A stretch of 40,276 nucleotides of DNA, from assembly GCF_004010195.1 (NCBI RefSeq), contig NC_057752.1:10852865-10893140 (forward strand), written 5' to 3'. Shown piece by piece: positions 1-11,996 of the stretch. The translations under genes and the position numbers were made by a program. The stretch is from Chiloscyllium plagiosum (lineage: Eukaryota). Within the stretch, counting starts at the first letter, position 1, and the number at the start of each line of letters is the position of its first letter. The notes under the pieces were generated by a model. The model saw only the letters and a list, made by a program, of their open reading frames with translations, was not told the origin of the DNA and did not search any database.

Positions 1-215
1 TCTGCAAATTTACTTAACCATGCCTCCTAAATTCTCATCCAAACCATTTATATAAATGACAAACAACAATGGACCGATCTTTATGAAACACAGCTGGTCT
101 CCATTCTGAACAACAACCCTCTCCCACCACCCTCTGTCTCCTACCGTCAAGCCAATTTTATATCCATTTGGCAAGCTGCCTTAATCCCATGAGATCTAAC
201 TTTACTAATCAGTCG
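1..215 (-). mobile_element. CR1 LINE RT fragment (degenerate)
   Basis: Reverse complement encodes LFVIYINGLDENLGGMV..FA-like sequence, matching the RT core of the CR1 copies at 2262-2400 and 6600-6720. Confidence 0.8.
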
Positions 216-614
216 ACCAAAAGGCTTGACATATATGAAAAGCATTTAAACATAGAATAAAAGAAACAGCATCTTTGATTTTTACAAAAACAGAACTTCT
301 TCAAATTCTGAACAAGCATAATAGAACAAATTTCATCATTAGAACCTTATTTCCTCTTCCTCTCCCTGCCACCAAGATTACCACTTGTAAAAAACTGTAA
401 GCCAGTGACATCTAATGGCAAGTCTGCATAGTTGTTAACTAAGAAAGCCCCAGTCCCTGCCAATTAGTACCCAAGCACTCACTTGTGAGATTGGCCACTT
501 GCACCAAGTACCAGAACGTAGTTGCACTCTTGGGATGAAAGCCCAGCAAAATGCATTACATTTAGGGATGGAGGGAGGAAGCAAAACGATGGCCAAGATA
601 TCAGGACCACTGTC

Positions 615-945
615 ACCAGCCTCTCCCACCTGGCTGTACTTAATCCCACACTTAACAATTTCTCCTTGATCTGCATTCACGTTTACCAAATCAAATGCGT
701 TGCTATGGATACTACAAGAGTCCAGACCATGCCAGTCTTTTTACAACAGACATGGACCATTCATATTCTAGCCCTACTCAGGACTCCTTCTTTCTTTGGT
801 ACACTGATGACTGTATCTGTGCTGGCCCCACTTTCACCCTGAACTGGAAAAAGTCACTGTCTGGGTTTCCAATGTCCAGCGCTCCCTCACCTTCACATAG
901 TCCACTTCCGACTCTTCACTTTTTTTTACTCAATATCAGAAACTG
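615..945 (+). mobile_element. Old Penelope-like element RT fragment
   Basis: TLNNFS...YQIKCVAM (cf. PLE NxFxF...YxQxxGVAMG) and FLWYTDDCI (cf. RYIDD), in different frames. Confidence 0.65.
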
Positions 946-1008
946 AACAGGACTAGCTATATAAATACACAGTGACTTCATGAGCAGGTCAGAGGCTAGA
1001 AATCTTGC

Positions 1009-3249
1009 CGTGAATCCTTAGAAGAGTACAAAGGCAGTAAGAGTATACTTAAAAGGGAAATCAGGAGGGCAAAAGGGGACAGGAGATAGCTTTGGCAAAT
1101 AAAATTTAGGAGAATCCAAAGAGTTTTCACAAATACATTAAGGACAAAAGGGTAACTATGGAGAGAATCGGGCCCCTCAAAGATCAGCAAGGCTGCCTTT
1201 GTGTGGAGTGACAGAAAATGGTGGAGATACTAAACGAGTATTTTGCAGTATATTTACTGTGGAAAAGGACATGGAAGATATAGACGGTAGGGAAATAGAT
1301 GGTGACATCTTGCAAAATGTCCAGATTACAGAGGAGAAAGAGCTGGATGTCTTGAAACACATAAAAGGTGAATAAATCCCCAGGACCTGATCAGGTGTAC
1401 CCTAGAACTCTGTAGGAAGCTAGGGAAGTGATTGCTGGGCCTCTTGCTGAGATATTTGTATCATTGACAGTCACAGGTGAGGTGCCGGAAGACTAGAGGT
1501 TGGCTAATGTGGTGCCACTGTTCAAGAAGGGTGGCAAGGACAAGCCAGGGAACTATAGACCAGTGAGCCTGACCTTGGTGGTGGGCAAGTTGTTGGAGGG
1601 AATCCTGAGGGTCGGGATTAGATTAGATTAATTTACAGTGTGGAAACAGGCCCTTCGGCCCAGCAAGTCCACACCGACCCGCCGAAGCGCAACCCACCCA
1701 GACCCATTCCCCTACATTTACCCCTTCACCTAACACTATGGACCAATTTAGCATGGCCAATTCACCTAACCTGCACATTTTTGGACTGTGGGAAGAAACC
1801 GGAGCACAAACCGGAGCACCCGGAGGAAACCCACGCAGACACGGAGAGAATGTGCAAACTCCACTCAGACAGGCAGTCACCCGAGGGTGGAATTGAACCC
1901 AGGTCTCTGGTGCTGAGGCAGCAATGCTAACCACTGAGCCACCGTGCCGCCCATTACATGTATTTGGAAAGGCAAGGACTGATTAGGGATAGTCAACATA
2001 GCTTTGTGCGTGGGAAATTATGTCTCTCAAACTTGATTCAACATTTTGAAGAAGTAACAAAGAGGATTGATGAGGGCAGAATGGTTGATGTGATCCACAT
2101 GGACTTCAGTAAGGCATTTGACAAGGTTCCCCATGGGACACTGATTAGCGAGGTTAGATCTCATGGGTTACAGGGAGAACTAGCCATTTGGATACAGAAC
2201 TGGCTCAAAGGTAGAAGACAGAGGGTGGTGGTGGAGGGATGTTTTTCCAGACTGGAGGCCTGTGACTAGTGGAGTGCCACAAGGATCGGTGCTGGGCCCT
2301 CTACTTTTTGTCATTTACATAAATGATTTGAATACAAGCATAAGAGGTACAGTTAGTAAGTTTGCAGATGACACCAAAATTGGAGGTGTGGTGGACAGCG
2401 AAGAGGGTTACCTCAGATTACAACGGGATCTTGATCAGATGGGCCAATGGGCTGAGAAGTGGCAGATGGAGTTTAATTCAGGTAAATGTGAGGTGCTGCA
2501 TTTTGGAAAAGCAAACCTTAGCAGGACTAATACACTTAATGGTAAGGTCCTGGGGAGTGTTGCTGAACAGAGAGACCCTGGAGTGCACGTTCATAGCTCC
2601 TTGAAAGTAGAGTCGCAGGTAGATAGGATAGTGAAGGCGGCGTTTGGTATGCTTTACTTTATTGGTCAGAGGTCATGTTGCGGCTGTACAAGACATTGGT
2701 TAGGCCACTATTTGAATATTATCGGAACATCCTATCGGAAGGATGTTGTGAAACTTGAAAGGGTTCAGAGAAGATTTACAAGGATGTTGCCAGGGTTGGA
2801 GGATCTGAGCTACAGGGGAGAGGCTGAACAGGCTGGGGCTGTTTTCCCTGGAGCGGGGGCTGAGGGGTGACCTTATGGAGGTTTATAAAATCATGAGGGA
2901 CATGGATAGGGTAAACAGACAAAGTCTTTCCCCTGGGGTCAGGGAGCCCAGAACTGGAGGGCATAGGTTTAGGATGAGAGGGGAAAGATATAAAAGAGAG
3001 ACCCAAGGGGCAACTTTTTCACACAGAGAGTGGTTTGTGTTTGGAATGAGCTGCCAGAGGAAGTGGTGGAGGCTGGTACAATTGCAACATTTAAGAGGCA
3101 TCTGGATGGGTACATGAATAGGAAGGGTTTGGAGGGATATGGGCTGGGTGCTGACAGGTGGGACTAGATTGGGTTGGGATATCTGATCAGCATGGACGGG
3201 TTAGACCAAAGGGTCTGTTTCCGTGCTGTACATCTCTATGACTGTATGA
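1009..3249 (+). mobile_element. 5'-truncated CR1 (HER1-like) LINE, RT region plus 3' UTR, interrupted by an HE1 SINE
   Basis: KSPGPD, NYRPVSLT, MDFSKAFDKVPH, GVPQGSVLGPLLFVIYINDL, FADDTK, LERVQRRFTRM motifs; frameshifts and small deletions; ends in CTCTATGACTGTATGA tail. Confidence 0.95.
1617..1952 (-). mobile_element. HE1-type V-SINE inserted in CR1
   Basis: Minus strand begins GGGCGGCACGGTGGCTCAGTGG (A box), GGTTCAATTCC (B box), V-domain, CR1-like 3' end and (TAATC)n tail; 12-bp internal tandem duplication AAACCGGAGCAC at 1796-1819. Confidence 0.95.
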
Positions 3250-3264
3250 ATAACTTACCTTGCA

Positions 3265-3560
3265 AACTCCCCAAAGCCTGTTCATCGTCTACAAGGTGCA
3301 AAAGTCAGCAGTGTTGATTCAATTCCCTTGCCAGCTGAAAAATCATATCCTCTCAACCTCGCACGGGGCATGGTGACCCTCAGGTTAAACTGCCCACCAC
3401 TCCACTCTCTCTAATAATGGAACAGTCCTTTGGGATGACGGCGATTTTACATTCGCCATACAAAAGTCAGGAGTGTGATGGAATAGATGCCACTTGCCTG
3501 GCCAGGTGCAGCCCAAATACTCAAGAAGCTTGACACCATCCAGGACAAAGCAGCCTGTTG
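3265..3560 (+). mobile_element. CR1/L2-group LINE (family B) C-terminal fragment with a ~140-bp nested insertion
   Basis: Encodes KLDTIQDKAA, also seen on the minus strand near 13200 and 35560; insertion ~3319-3460 flanked by the degenerate duplication CAAAAGTCAG(C/G)AGTGT (3299, 3461). Confidence 0.6.
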
Positions 3561-6500
3561 TGTAAAAGGAAAATACTCGAAGAGAAACTTTTTTCAAATT
3601 AAAAAATGGATCACTTAGTAAATTATACACCTGCATATCAAAGAGTTGGGTTTAGGTCATCAAGTGGCAAAACTGAAATTTACAAAGCCAAAAACAGGTC
3701 TGTAGTTTGCCAATCTTGCGTACTGTATTCATATAAAATAACAAAGACTCTGCCTAATTCTATCTGTAAGAAAGCAAGCTGTGCAGCATTAGAGGAAGTG
3801 ACTAGATTGCAGATGTGATTTTCTGACACAAAGCATGGTCGATATAACATGCCAAAAGTGGACTGTAACTGCCATCTAATACTGCAAATGCAAAGGTAAG
3901 AGAAAATAGTTTGCAATCTTACATTAAGGTTTGTAATCTATAATAACTTCCAGATCATGAAACATCATTAACAGCAGGCAATGTGGCTAAAAGAGCTTTA
4001 ATATTTACCAGGGGAGATATAATGGGGAGACATGACATTGAAGTTTAAGAGGAGCAATGATGTAACTGCACTTAAAATAGAAAAAGGGAACAAACAAACT
4101 CAAAACAGCACAAAGCCCCAATCTGGATGGACGGTGTCCAACTATTTTAGAAAAATCAAGGGAAGCAATAGCAGCATTACAGATCAGATATTCTTCATCT
4201 GAAAATCTTGGAACAACTTTTTTTTTGGGAAGGAGAACATTTTCAGTTTTTGGATGCAAGGCAGTAAATAGATTTGCACAGTTTTAATCATTAATTCTGA
4301 CTCGGCATCAGATTAAAATCAAGGTCACAGCACCTGTTTGAATTGCTGGAACCTGTCAAGTTCTGCCTTAGTTGGAAAGTTTTTGTCACCTTGTTTAATG
4401 AATCAGTTAAATAATTCAGAATGGTTATTACCTCTTGTGATGGCTGCACCCAACTATTATCGATCACATTGTGTGCGAAGTGCGAATAAATAACTATTTG
4501 CAGAGGAAAAGCATGAGGCACAAAATATCAACATTTACTGCAATACACTTAGGTCCACTGTCTGTCCGGTTGGACCCTTTGGGGGAAAAAAAACAGCTTT
4601 TCTTAATCCAAATAGATCTGAACAGACCAAAAAGTGAAGCATTTTCCAACTGGACCAAAACAGATCTGCTGCCACAATGAGTTCAAACCTTTGAGGAAAA
4701 TAACTTCACTTTTCCATCCATTTGGATCAACAATTCTTTTCCAAAGGAGGTGAACTCAGCATGTCGACAGGTCTGTTCGAGGCCATTCTCGAAAAAGATC
4801 CTCAGTTTTTAAGTCTTTTCAGTTTCCAGACGTGCAGATAAAGGATACCTGACAGGTACTTCAAGTGGCCAGGGCCTGGGAAATGAATATTCAAGGTTAC
4901 ACATGTTATCGTAAGGACAGACTGACGGACAGAGGGGGTGGGGTGGCCATGTTGGTAAGGGATGATATTCAGTCCCTTGCGCGGGTGGGACCTAGAATCA
5001 GGGGATGTAGAGTCAGTATGGATAGAGCTGAGGAATTCTAAGGGTAAAAAGACCCTCTTGGGAGTTATCTACAGGCCCCCAAACAGTAGTCTGGATGTCG
5101 GATGTAAGTTGAATCACGAGCTGAAATTGGCCTATCCCAAAGATGTTACTACAGTTGTTATGGGGGATTTCAACATGCAGGTAGACTGGGAGAATCAGGA
5201 TGGTATTGGACCTCAAAAAAGAGACTTTGTGGAGTGCCTCCGAGATGGATTCTTACAACAGCTGGTGCTGGAGACTACCAGGGAGAAGGCTATTCTGGAT
5301 CTGGTATTGTGCAACGAACCAGAATTGATCAGGGACCTCGAAGTGAAGGAGCCATTGGGAAGTAGTGACCATAATACAATAAGCTTCAATCTGCAATTTG
5401 AGGGGGAGAGGGTACAATCGGAAGTGACAATATTTCAGTTGAATAAAGGGAACTACGGAGTTATGAGAGGGGAGATGACCAAAGTTCAACGGTGCAATAC
5501 CTTAGCAGGGATGACAGTGGAGGAACAATGGCAGATATTTCTGTGTATAATGCAGAAGGTGCAGGATCAGTTCATTCCAAAAAGGAAGATCCTAGGAGGA
5601 GGCAGGGGTGATCGTGGCTGACGAGGGAAGTTAAGAAACATATAAAGTTAAGAGAGAAAAAGTATAACACAGCAAAGATAAGTGGGAAAACGGAGGACTG
5701 GGAAGCTTTTAAAGAACAGAGGATTACTAAGAAGGAAATACGCAGAGAAAAAATGAGGTATGAAGGTAAACTGGCCAAAAATATAAAGGAGGATAATAAA
5801 AGCTTTTTTTTTTAGGTGTGAAAGGCAAAAAAATGGTTAAGACTAAAATTGGGCCCTTGAAGACAGAAACAGGGGAATATATTATGGGGAACAAAGAAAT
5901 GGCAGAAAAATTAAATTGGTACTTCAGATCTGTGTTCACTGGGGAAGACACAAGCAATCGCCCTGAGGTAACAGTGGCTGAAGGACCTGAACTGAAGGGA
6001 ATTTATATTTGCCAGGAATTGGAGAGACTGTTAGGTCTGAAGGTTGATAAGTCCCCAGGGCCTGATGGTCTACATCCCAGGGTACTGAAGGAGATGGCTC
6101 GAGAAATCATGGATGCGTTGGTGATTATTTTCCAGAGTTCAATAGATTCGGGATCAGTTCCTGCGGATTGGAAGGTGGCTAATGTTGTACCACTTTTTAA
6201 GAAAGGTGGGAGAGAGAAAACAGGAAATTATAGACCAGTTAGTCTGACCTCAGTGATGGGAAAGATGCTGGAGTCTATTATAAAGGATGAAATTACGACA
6301 CATCTGGATAGTAGTAACAGGACAGGTCAGAGTCAGCATGGATTTATGAAGGGGAAATCATGCTTGACTAATCTTCTGGAATTTTTTGAGGATGTAACTC
6401 TGAAGATGGACGAGGGAGATCCAGTAGATGTAGTGTACCTGGACTTTCAGAAAGCTTTTGATAAAGTCCCACATAGGAGGTTAGTGAGCAAAATTAGGGC

Positions 6501-6850
6501 GCATGGTATTGGGGGCAAAGTACTAACTTGGATTGAAAGTTGGTTGGCTGACAGGAAACAAAGTAGTGATAAACGGCTCAATTTCGGAATGGCAGGCAGT
6601 GACCAGTGGGGTACCGCAGGAGTCAGTGCTGGGACCACAGCTTTTTACAATATATATTAATGATATTGAAGATGGTATTAGTAATAACATTAGCAAATTT
6701 GCTGATGATACTAAGCTGGGTGGCAGGGTGAAATGTGAGGAGGATGTTAGGAGATTACAGGTGACCTGGACAGGTTAGGTGAGTGGTCAGATGCATGGCA
6801 GATGCAGTTTAATGTGGATAAATGTATGGTTATCCACTTTGGTGGCAAGG

Positions 6851-7631
6851 TTTGGGAGAAGATTTGTAGCTCAGGTGCTCGTTGTTGTTGTTCTGTTTGC
6901 CGTGCTGGGAATTTGTGTTGCAGACGTTTCGTCCCCTGTCTAGGTGACATCCTCAGTGCTTGGGAGCCTCCTGTGAAGCGCTTCTGTGATGTTTCCTCCG
7001 GCATTTATAGTGATTTGTACCTGCCGCTTCCGGTTGTCAGTTCCAGCTGTCCGTTGTAGTGGTCGGTATATTGGGTCCAGGTCAATGTGCTTATTAATTG
7101 AATCTGTGGATGAGTGCCATGCCTCTAGGAATTCCCTGGCTGTTCTCGGTTTGGCTTGTCCTATAATAGTCGAACTCATGTTGCTTGTCATCTGGAGTGT
7201 GTGGCTACGAAGGATAGCTGGTCGTGTCGTTTCGTGGCTAGTTGGTGTTCATGGATGCGGATCGTTAGCTTCTTCCTGTTTGTCCTATGTAGTATTTTGT
7301 GCAGTCCTTGCATGGGGGAAAAAAATTCCCATTCAAAAACTGCACAAAACACTACATTGGACAAACAGGAAGACAACTAACGATCTGCATCCATGAACAC
7401 CAACTAGCCACGAAACGACACGACCAGCTATGCTTAGTAGCCACACACTCAGATGACAAGCAACATGAATTCGACTGGGACAACACTACTATTATAGGGC
7501 AAGCCAAACAGAGAACAGCCAGGGAATTTCTAGAGGCATGGTACTCATCCACAGATTCAATCAATAAGCACATCGACCTGGACCCAATATACCTGCCACT
7601 GCAATGGACAGCTGGAACTGACAACCGGAAG
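6851..7631. mobile_element. Penelope-like element 3' region (GIY-YIG endonuclease + pLTR) as an inverted repeat
   Basis: Right arm (7321-7631, +) encodes CTKHYIGQTGRQL.IHEH...AREFLEAW...INKHIDLDPIY; left arm (6851-7315, -) is its reverse complement plus the 3' tail; right end lost in the gap. Confidence 0.9.
6920..6959 (-). ncRNA. Minimal type I hammerhead ribozyme motif in Penelope pLTR
   Basis: Minus strand GCA-CUGAGGA-U-GUCACCU-AGAC-AGGGGAC-GAAAC-GUC-UGC: core, stem II (one mismatch), palindromic ACGU stem III, 3-bp stem I. Confidence 0.75.
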
Positions 7632-7975
7632 NNNNNNNNNNNNNNNNNNNNNNNNNNNNNNNNNNNNNNNNNNNNNNNNNNNNNNNNNNNNNNNNNNNNN
7701 NNNNNNNNNNNNNNNNNNNNNNNNNNNNNNNNNNNNNNNNNNNNNNNNNNNNNNNNNNNNNNNNNNNNNNNNNNNNNNNNNNNNNNNNNNNNNNNNNNNN
7801 NNNNNNNNNNNNNNNNNNNNNNNNNNNNNNNNNNNNNNNNNNNNNNNNNNNNNNNNNNNNNNNNNNNNNNNNNNNNNNNNNNNNNNNNNNNNNNNNNNNN
7901 NNNNNNNNNNNNNNNNNNNNNNNNNNNNNNNNNNNNNNNNNNNNNNNNNNNNNNNNNNNNNNNNNNNNNNNNNNN
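7632..7975. other. Assembly gap (344 N)
   Basis: Run of N. Confidence 1.
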
Positions 7976-8534
7976 CTACCTTACGCTGAAAGACTGGAGC
8001 AACTGGGCTTGTATACCCTTGAGTTTAGAAGACTGAGAGGGGATCTGATTGAGACATAAGATTATTAAAGGATTGGACACTCTGGAGGCAGGAAACATGT
8101 TTCCGCTGATGGGTGAGTGCCGAACCAGAGGACACAGCTTAAAAATAAGGGGTAGGCCATTTAGGACAGAGATGATGAGAAACTTCTTCACCCAGAGAGT
8201 GGTGACTGTGTGGAACGCTCTGCCCCAGGGCAGTAGAGGCCCAGTCTCTGGATTCATTTAAGAAAGAGTTGGATAGAGCTCTCAAGGATAGTGGAATCAA
8301 GGGTTATGGAGAGAAGACAGGAACAGGATACTGATTAAGGATGATCAGCCATCATCAACCTATCGAATGGTGGTGCAGGCTCGAAGGGCAGAATGGCCTA
8401 CACCTGCAACTATTGTCTATTGCACTACACCCTTTCCAGTCTGTTAGAAAACGGGTGTGGTGTCAGAAAACTGGCAGACGGCCAATGTAAGGCCCACGTT
8501 GAAGGGCAACTGAATATGCCCAGGGAATTACAGA

Positions 8535-10625
8535 CATGTTGGTTTAACAACGTTAATCCAAAAAATAATGATATACCAACTAAAGGAGAACATCTAGAAA
8601 CACTAACAAAAAAAAAATGAAGTCAGGATGGATTTCAAAAGGAAAATCTTGCTTGACCAAGTTTACAGATTTTCTTTGAGGAGATAACAGAGTGTAGACA
8701 ATGGTAATTTAGTCACTGCAATTTAACTGGATTGTCAGAAGACTGTTGATAAGGTGCCTCATAACAGAGCAATGAATAATGGATAATGGGTTCAGTGGAA
8801 AAGTGGCAGAATGGTGGAGAGTGCAGTCATTCTAAATGGCAAGAGGTGGAAAGTGGAGTTCCACAAGGACCAGTGCTTGGACTATTGCTGTGCCCAATTT
8901 CCATGAATGATATGGGCAGTGGAATCAAATACACAATTTTAACATTTGTGGATGACACCAAATTGAAAGGTGAATCAATGCTGGGGAGGCAATGGTATAA
9001 TAGGATTGCTGTTCAGTTAGTAATCCAGAGACCCAGATTGTGTGCGTCTGTGTGAGATTGTTGTAAACATCTATCTGGTTCACTAATGTCCATTAGGGAA
9101 GGAAATCCCTCATCCTCACCAGTCTGGCCTACATGTGACTCCAGACCCATTGCAATGTGGTTGACTCTCAAGTGCCCTCTGAAATGGCCCTGCAAGCCCC
9201 TCAAGAGCATCTAAAAGTACACAAACTACCAGGCATCAATCAGAAATTACACTGGCAAGCTCCATCCAATCAAAATTCCTAACATTTGGGTGCTGGAGCT
9301 CAAAATTGAGAGAGCTGTCTCACTGGTTATTCAAGCAAAAGCTTGACAGCAAACTCCTGGAATCATACCTTAGGGATAAAGTCGCAGACTTGTTTAGGTT
9401 AGTGTAGTTGCAAGAACACTCAAGAAGGTTGACAGGTTAAAGCAGCTTTTTACTCCCTTCAAAACCGTACAGCTCTAACACTACATCCCATCAACAAGAC
9501 ACTTTAGAAATTCACCAGCTCCTTAAACAGCACCTCCCAAACCCACAACCATCCAGAAGGATAAGCGCAGCAGGTACAGGGAACACCACCTGCAGCCTCC
9601 CCTCCAAACCCCTCACCATCCACATCTTGCCATTCCTTCAGGGTTACTGGGTCAAATTTCTATAATACCCTTCCTAACAGCAAATAGACTGTAGTAGCTC
9701 AAGAAAGCAGCTCAACACCACCTTCTCAAGGGAACTGGGAATGGGCAACAAATTTTGGCTCAGTAGCAAGACCCACATCTCCTGAATGCATCAAATTACA
9801 GGAGGACACAAAAACTTAGAATGGGAAACTAATTAGCAAATTAAATTCAGCACATAAATGTGAGATGATACATTTTGATAGGAGGAATAGGGATATCACT
9901 TACTATTTTACAGGGGCAAGTCTAGGAGGGGCTCAGTAATAACAGGGTCTCGAAGTACAAATCTACAAATCAGTGAAGGTTGCACCACTGAAGGTTATCA
10001 AGGCCTTTTTAAAAAAAAAACTAAGCACTGAGCCTTATTTCTAGAAGGACAGATTTGGAAAACAGGGAGGTTCTGCTAAACCTGTTAGACCACCCTCAGG
10101 TAGTGTGTGCAGTTCTGGTTGCCATGTTAGAAAAAATGACAGAGGGGCACTGGAGAGAATGCAGAGAAGATATAAAAAATGATTCCTTACATCATGACCC
10201 ATATACTTCTGGCAAGGATTGATAGACTGAGCCTCTCTCTTAAAACTAACAGACTAAAGGGTGACCTAATGGAGACATCTTCAATGCTGAAAAGTTTTGA
10301 GAGAGTGGATAGAGAAAATGTTTCCTCGTGTGCGGAAAAGCAGACCTCGACCATCGATAAAATGCAACCAGAAATTCAAAAGAAACTTGACACCGGTAAA
10401 AATATGAAAATCCCTCCCACTGAGTGGTTGAAGCAAATACACAGATGTATTTAAGGAGATGTTGGATGGACAGAAAAATGAGGGAGCAGTGAAAGAGAGG
10501 GTTATAAAAGGTACAGACAGAGGAGGAAAGATTGGAGAAAACTTGAGTGAATCATAGACATTCGCATGCTCCTTTTGCTCTGAATGTGCTGTTTCTATGT
10601 TGCATAGCCTTTGCAATCCAATGTA
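8535..10625 (+). mobile_element. Old degenerate CR1 LINE RT/3' region, interrupted at ~9018-9790
   Basis: GVPQGPVLGLLL, FVDDTKL, then ALERMQRR and RLKGDLMETS after the insertion. Confidence 0.75.
9018..9790 (+). mobile_element. Internally deleted family-B LINE (SINE-like 5' region + APE N-terminus joined to the 3' end)
   Basis: 5' part similar to 13463-13747; 9280-9390 encodes NIWVL..K/LRELSHWLFKQKLD..LLESYLRDKV (APE N-terminus-like); 9410-9790 matches the 3' end CACCACCTTCTCAAGGG..GGATGGGCAA seen at 15860 and 35270. Confidence 0.65.
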
Positions 10626-11229
10626 ACTCATAAAATGGGATATTTGGGAGTTATTAGATCAGAGAAAAGAATGCAATGAACCCAAAGCCTAGATGGAAAA
10701 CAACTCTCATCTGCACTCCTAGATTAAAGCCTTAAAAAAATATACAAACACAATGTACTTCTTTGAACATAGACTTTACAAATACATACTGCTAAACAGG
10801 ATGAGTGGATATATTATCTCTTGCCCCAGCTTTGTGTAAATGCTGGCTGGTACAGCCAAAATGACTTCTACACTGAAAGAAAACTGCAGTTCATGAGAAG
10901 TTCGTCAGCAAGCATCCATATATGGGCTGAATCATCTGGGTCTTGTTGGCTTAGTCTCAGTTGTAGTTTTTTTTTGGAGTTTTCTTGTGTTTCTTACCAA
11001 ACATGCCTCATTGACTACCTATCCCACCTCGTGGCACCCCTCCCATCTAATACTGTCCCCATCTTGCCAATAAGCAGATATCCTGGAATTCACTGGCATC
11101 CCTGGCACCAATGCCACCTTTAACAGCCTGTTATGCACACAGACAAGCAGTTAAGTCTGGAGCTGCCTTGTACAGACCCTGACAGTAGCCCTGGATGTGA
11201 CTGATAAGGGACATTTGACACTCTACCGT

Positions 11230-11398
11230 GAGGACAGGGACCAGAGGTTCTTCTGGATGGGGTGGTGCTGACTTGGGACCAGCAGAGGCAGCTACCATAT
11301 CAGACCACGCAAGCCTGGCCCAAGGTAGCCCATCTCAGCTGGCTGCAGAAATGCCCAGCATTGAAGGAAGATGGTCAATGATCTTCTCCACTCTACCA
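11230..11398 (+). pseudogene. Degenerate Myb/SANT-like DNA-binding domain, probably PIF/Harbinger ORF2 remnant
   Basis: EVLLDGVV...TTQAWPKVA../RNAQH*RKMVNDLLHST, resembling the trihelix pattern L+.Ll..V...AW.+va..+..R+..QC+KK.NDL; one frameshift, one stop. Confidence 0.55.
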
Positions 11399-11627
11399 AT
11401 GTAGGAATCACCATCTTCTGTACAAAACCTCACAAAAACTCATTCTGTAACTGTGCCCATGTCCCTAAGTGACAGTAGCCCTGTAGCTGCATTACAGTGA
11501 TAGTTGCTGGCAACTTTGAAGTGCAGAAGCATGCTGCAAGTAGATCAGAAAAGCGTACATGGGGTGCATGTGGCTGATGCCCTGGAAGCATTCCCTAAAA
11601 TGTTGGTACTCAGTCTATGACATGGAA

Positions 11628-11996
11628 GTCAGAGTCATAGAGATGTACAGCACATACACAGACCCTTCGGTCCAACCTATCCATGCCGACCAGATATTTC
11701 AACCCAATCTAGTCCCACCTGTCAGCACCAGGCCCATATCCCTCCAAATCCTTCCCATTCATATACCCATCCAAATGCCTTTTAAATGTTGCAATTGTAC
11801 CAGCCTCCACCACTTCCTCTGACAGCTCATTCCATACACGTATCACCCTGTGAAAAAGTTGCCCCTTGGTTCTCTTTTATATCTTTCCCCTCTCACCCTA
11901 AACCTATGCCCTCTAGTTCTGGACTCCCCGACTCCAGGGAAAAGACTTTGTCTATTTACCCTATCCATGCCCCTCAACTTTGTAAATGTCTATGAG
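11628..11996 (-). mobile_element. CR1 3' end fragment
   Basis: Reverse complement closely matches 2880-3245 including the CTCTATGACTCTGA tail. Confidence 0.9.

Larger units (their letters stand above)
4865..8422 (+). mobile_element. CR1 LINE with near-complete disrupted ORF2 (APE endonuclease + RT), interrupted by Penelope and a gap
   Basis: APE motifs SVWIEL, GVIYRPP, MGDFN, ILDLVL, SDHN; RT motifs NYRPVSLTS, QHGF, LDFQKAFDKVPH, GVPQxSVLGP, FADDTK; resumes after the gap with RNFFTQRVV and a CTATTGTCTATTG tail; several frameshifts. Confidence 0.95.

Noticed and set aside
4620..4855. Possible exon or Tx1/L1 tail on the minus strand
   Set aside because: Stops in all frames and no motif strong enough to assign.
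4962..6660. 219-aa and 280-aa ORFs as functional genes
   Set aside because: Frameshifted pieces of one dead CR1 ORF2.
7299..8036. 245-aa ORF
   Set aside because: Length is inflated by the N gap; the real part is a truncated Penelope GIY-YIG.
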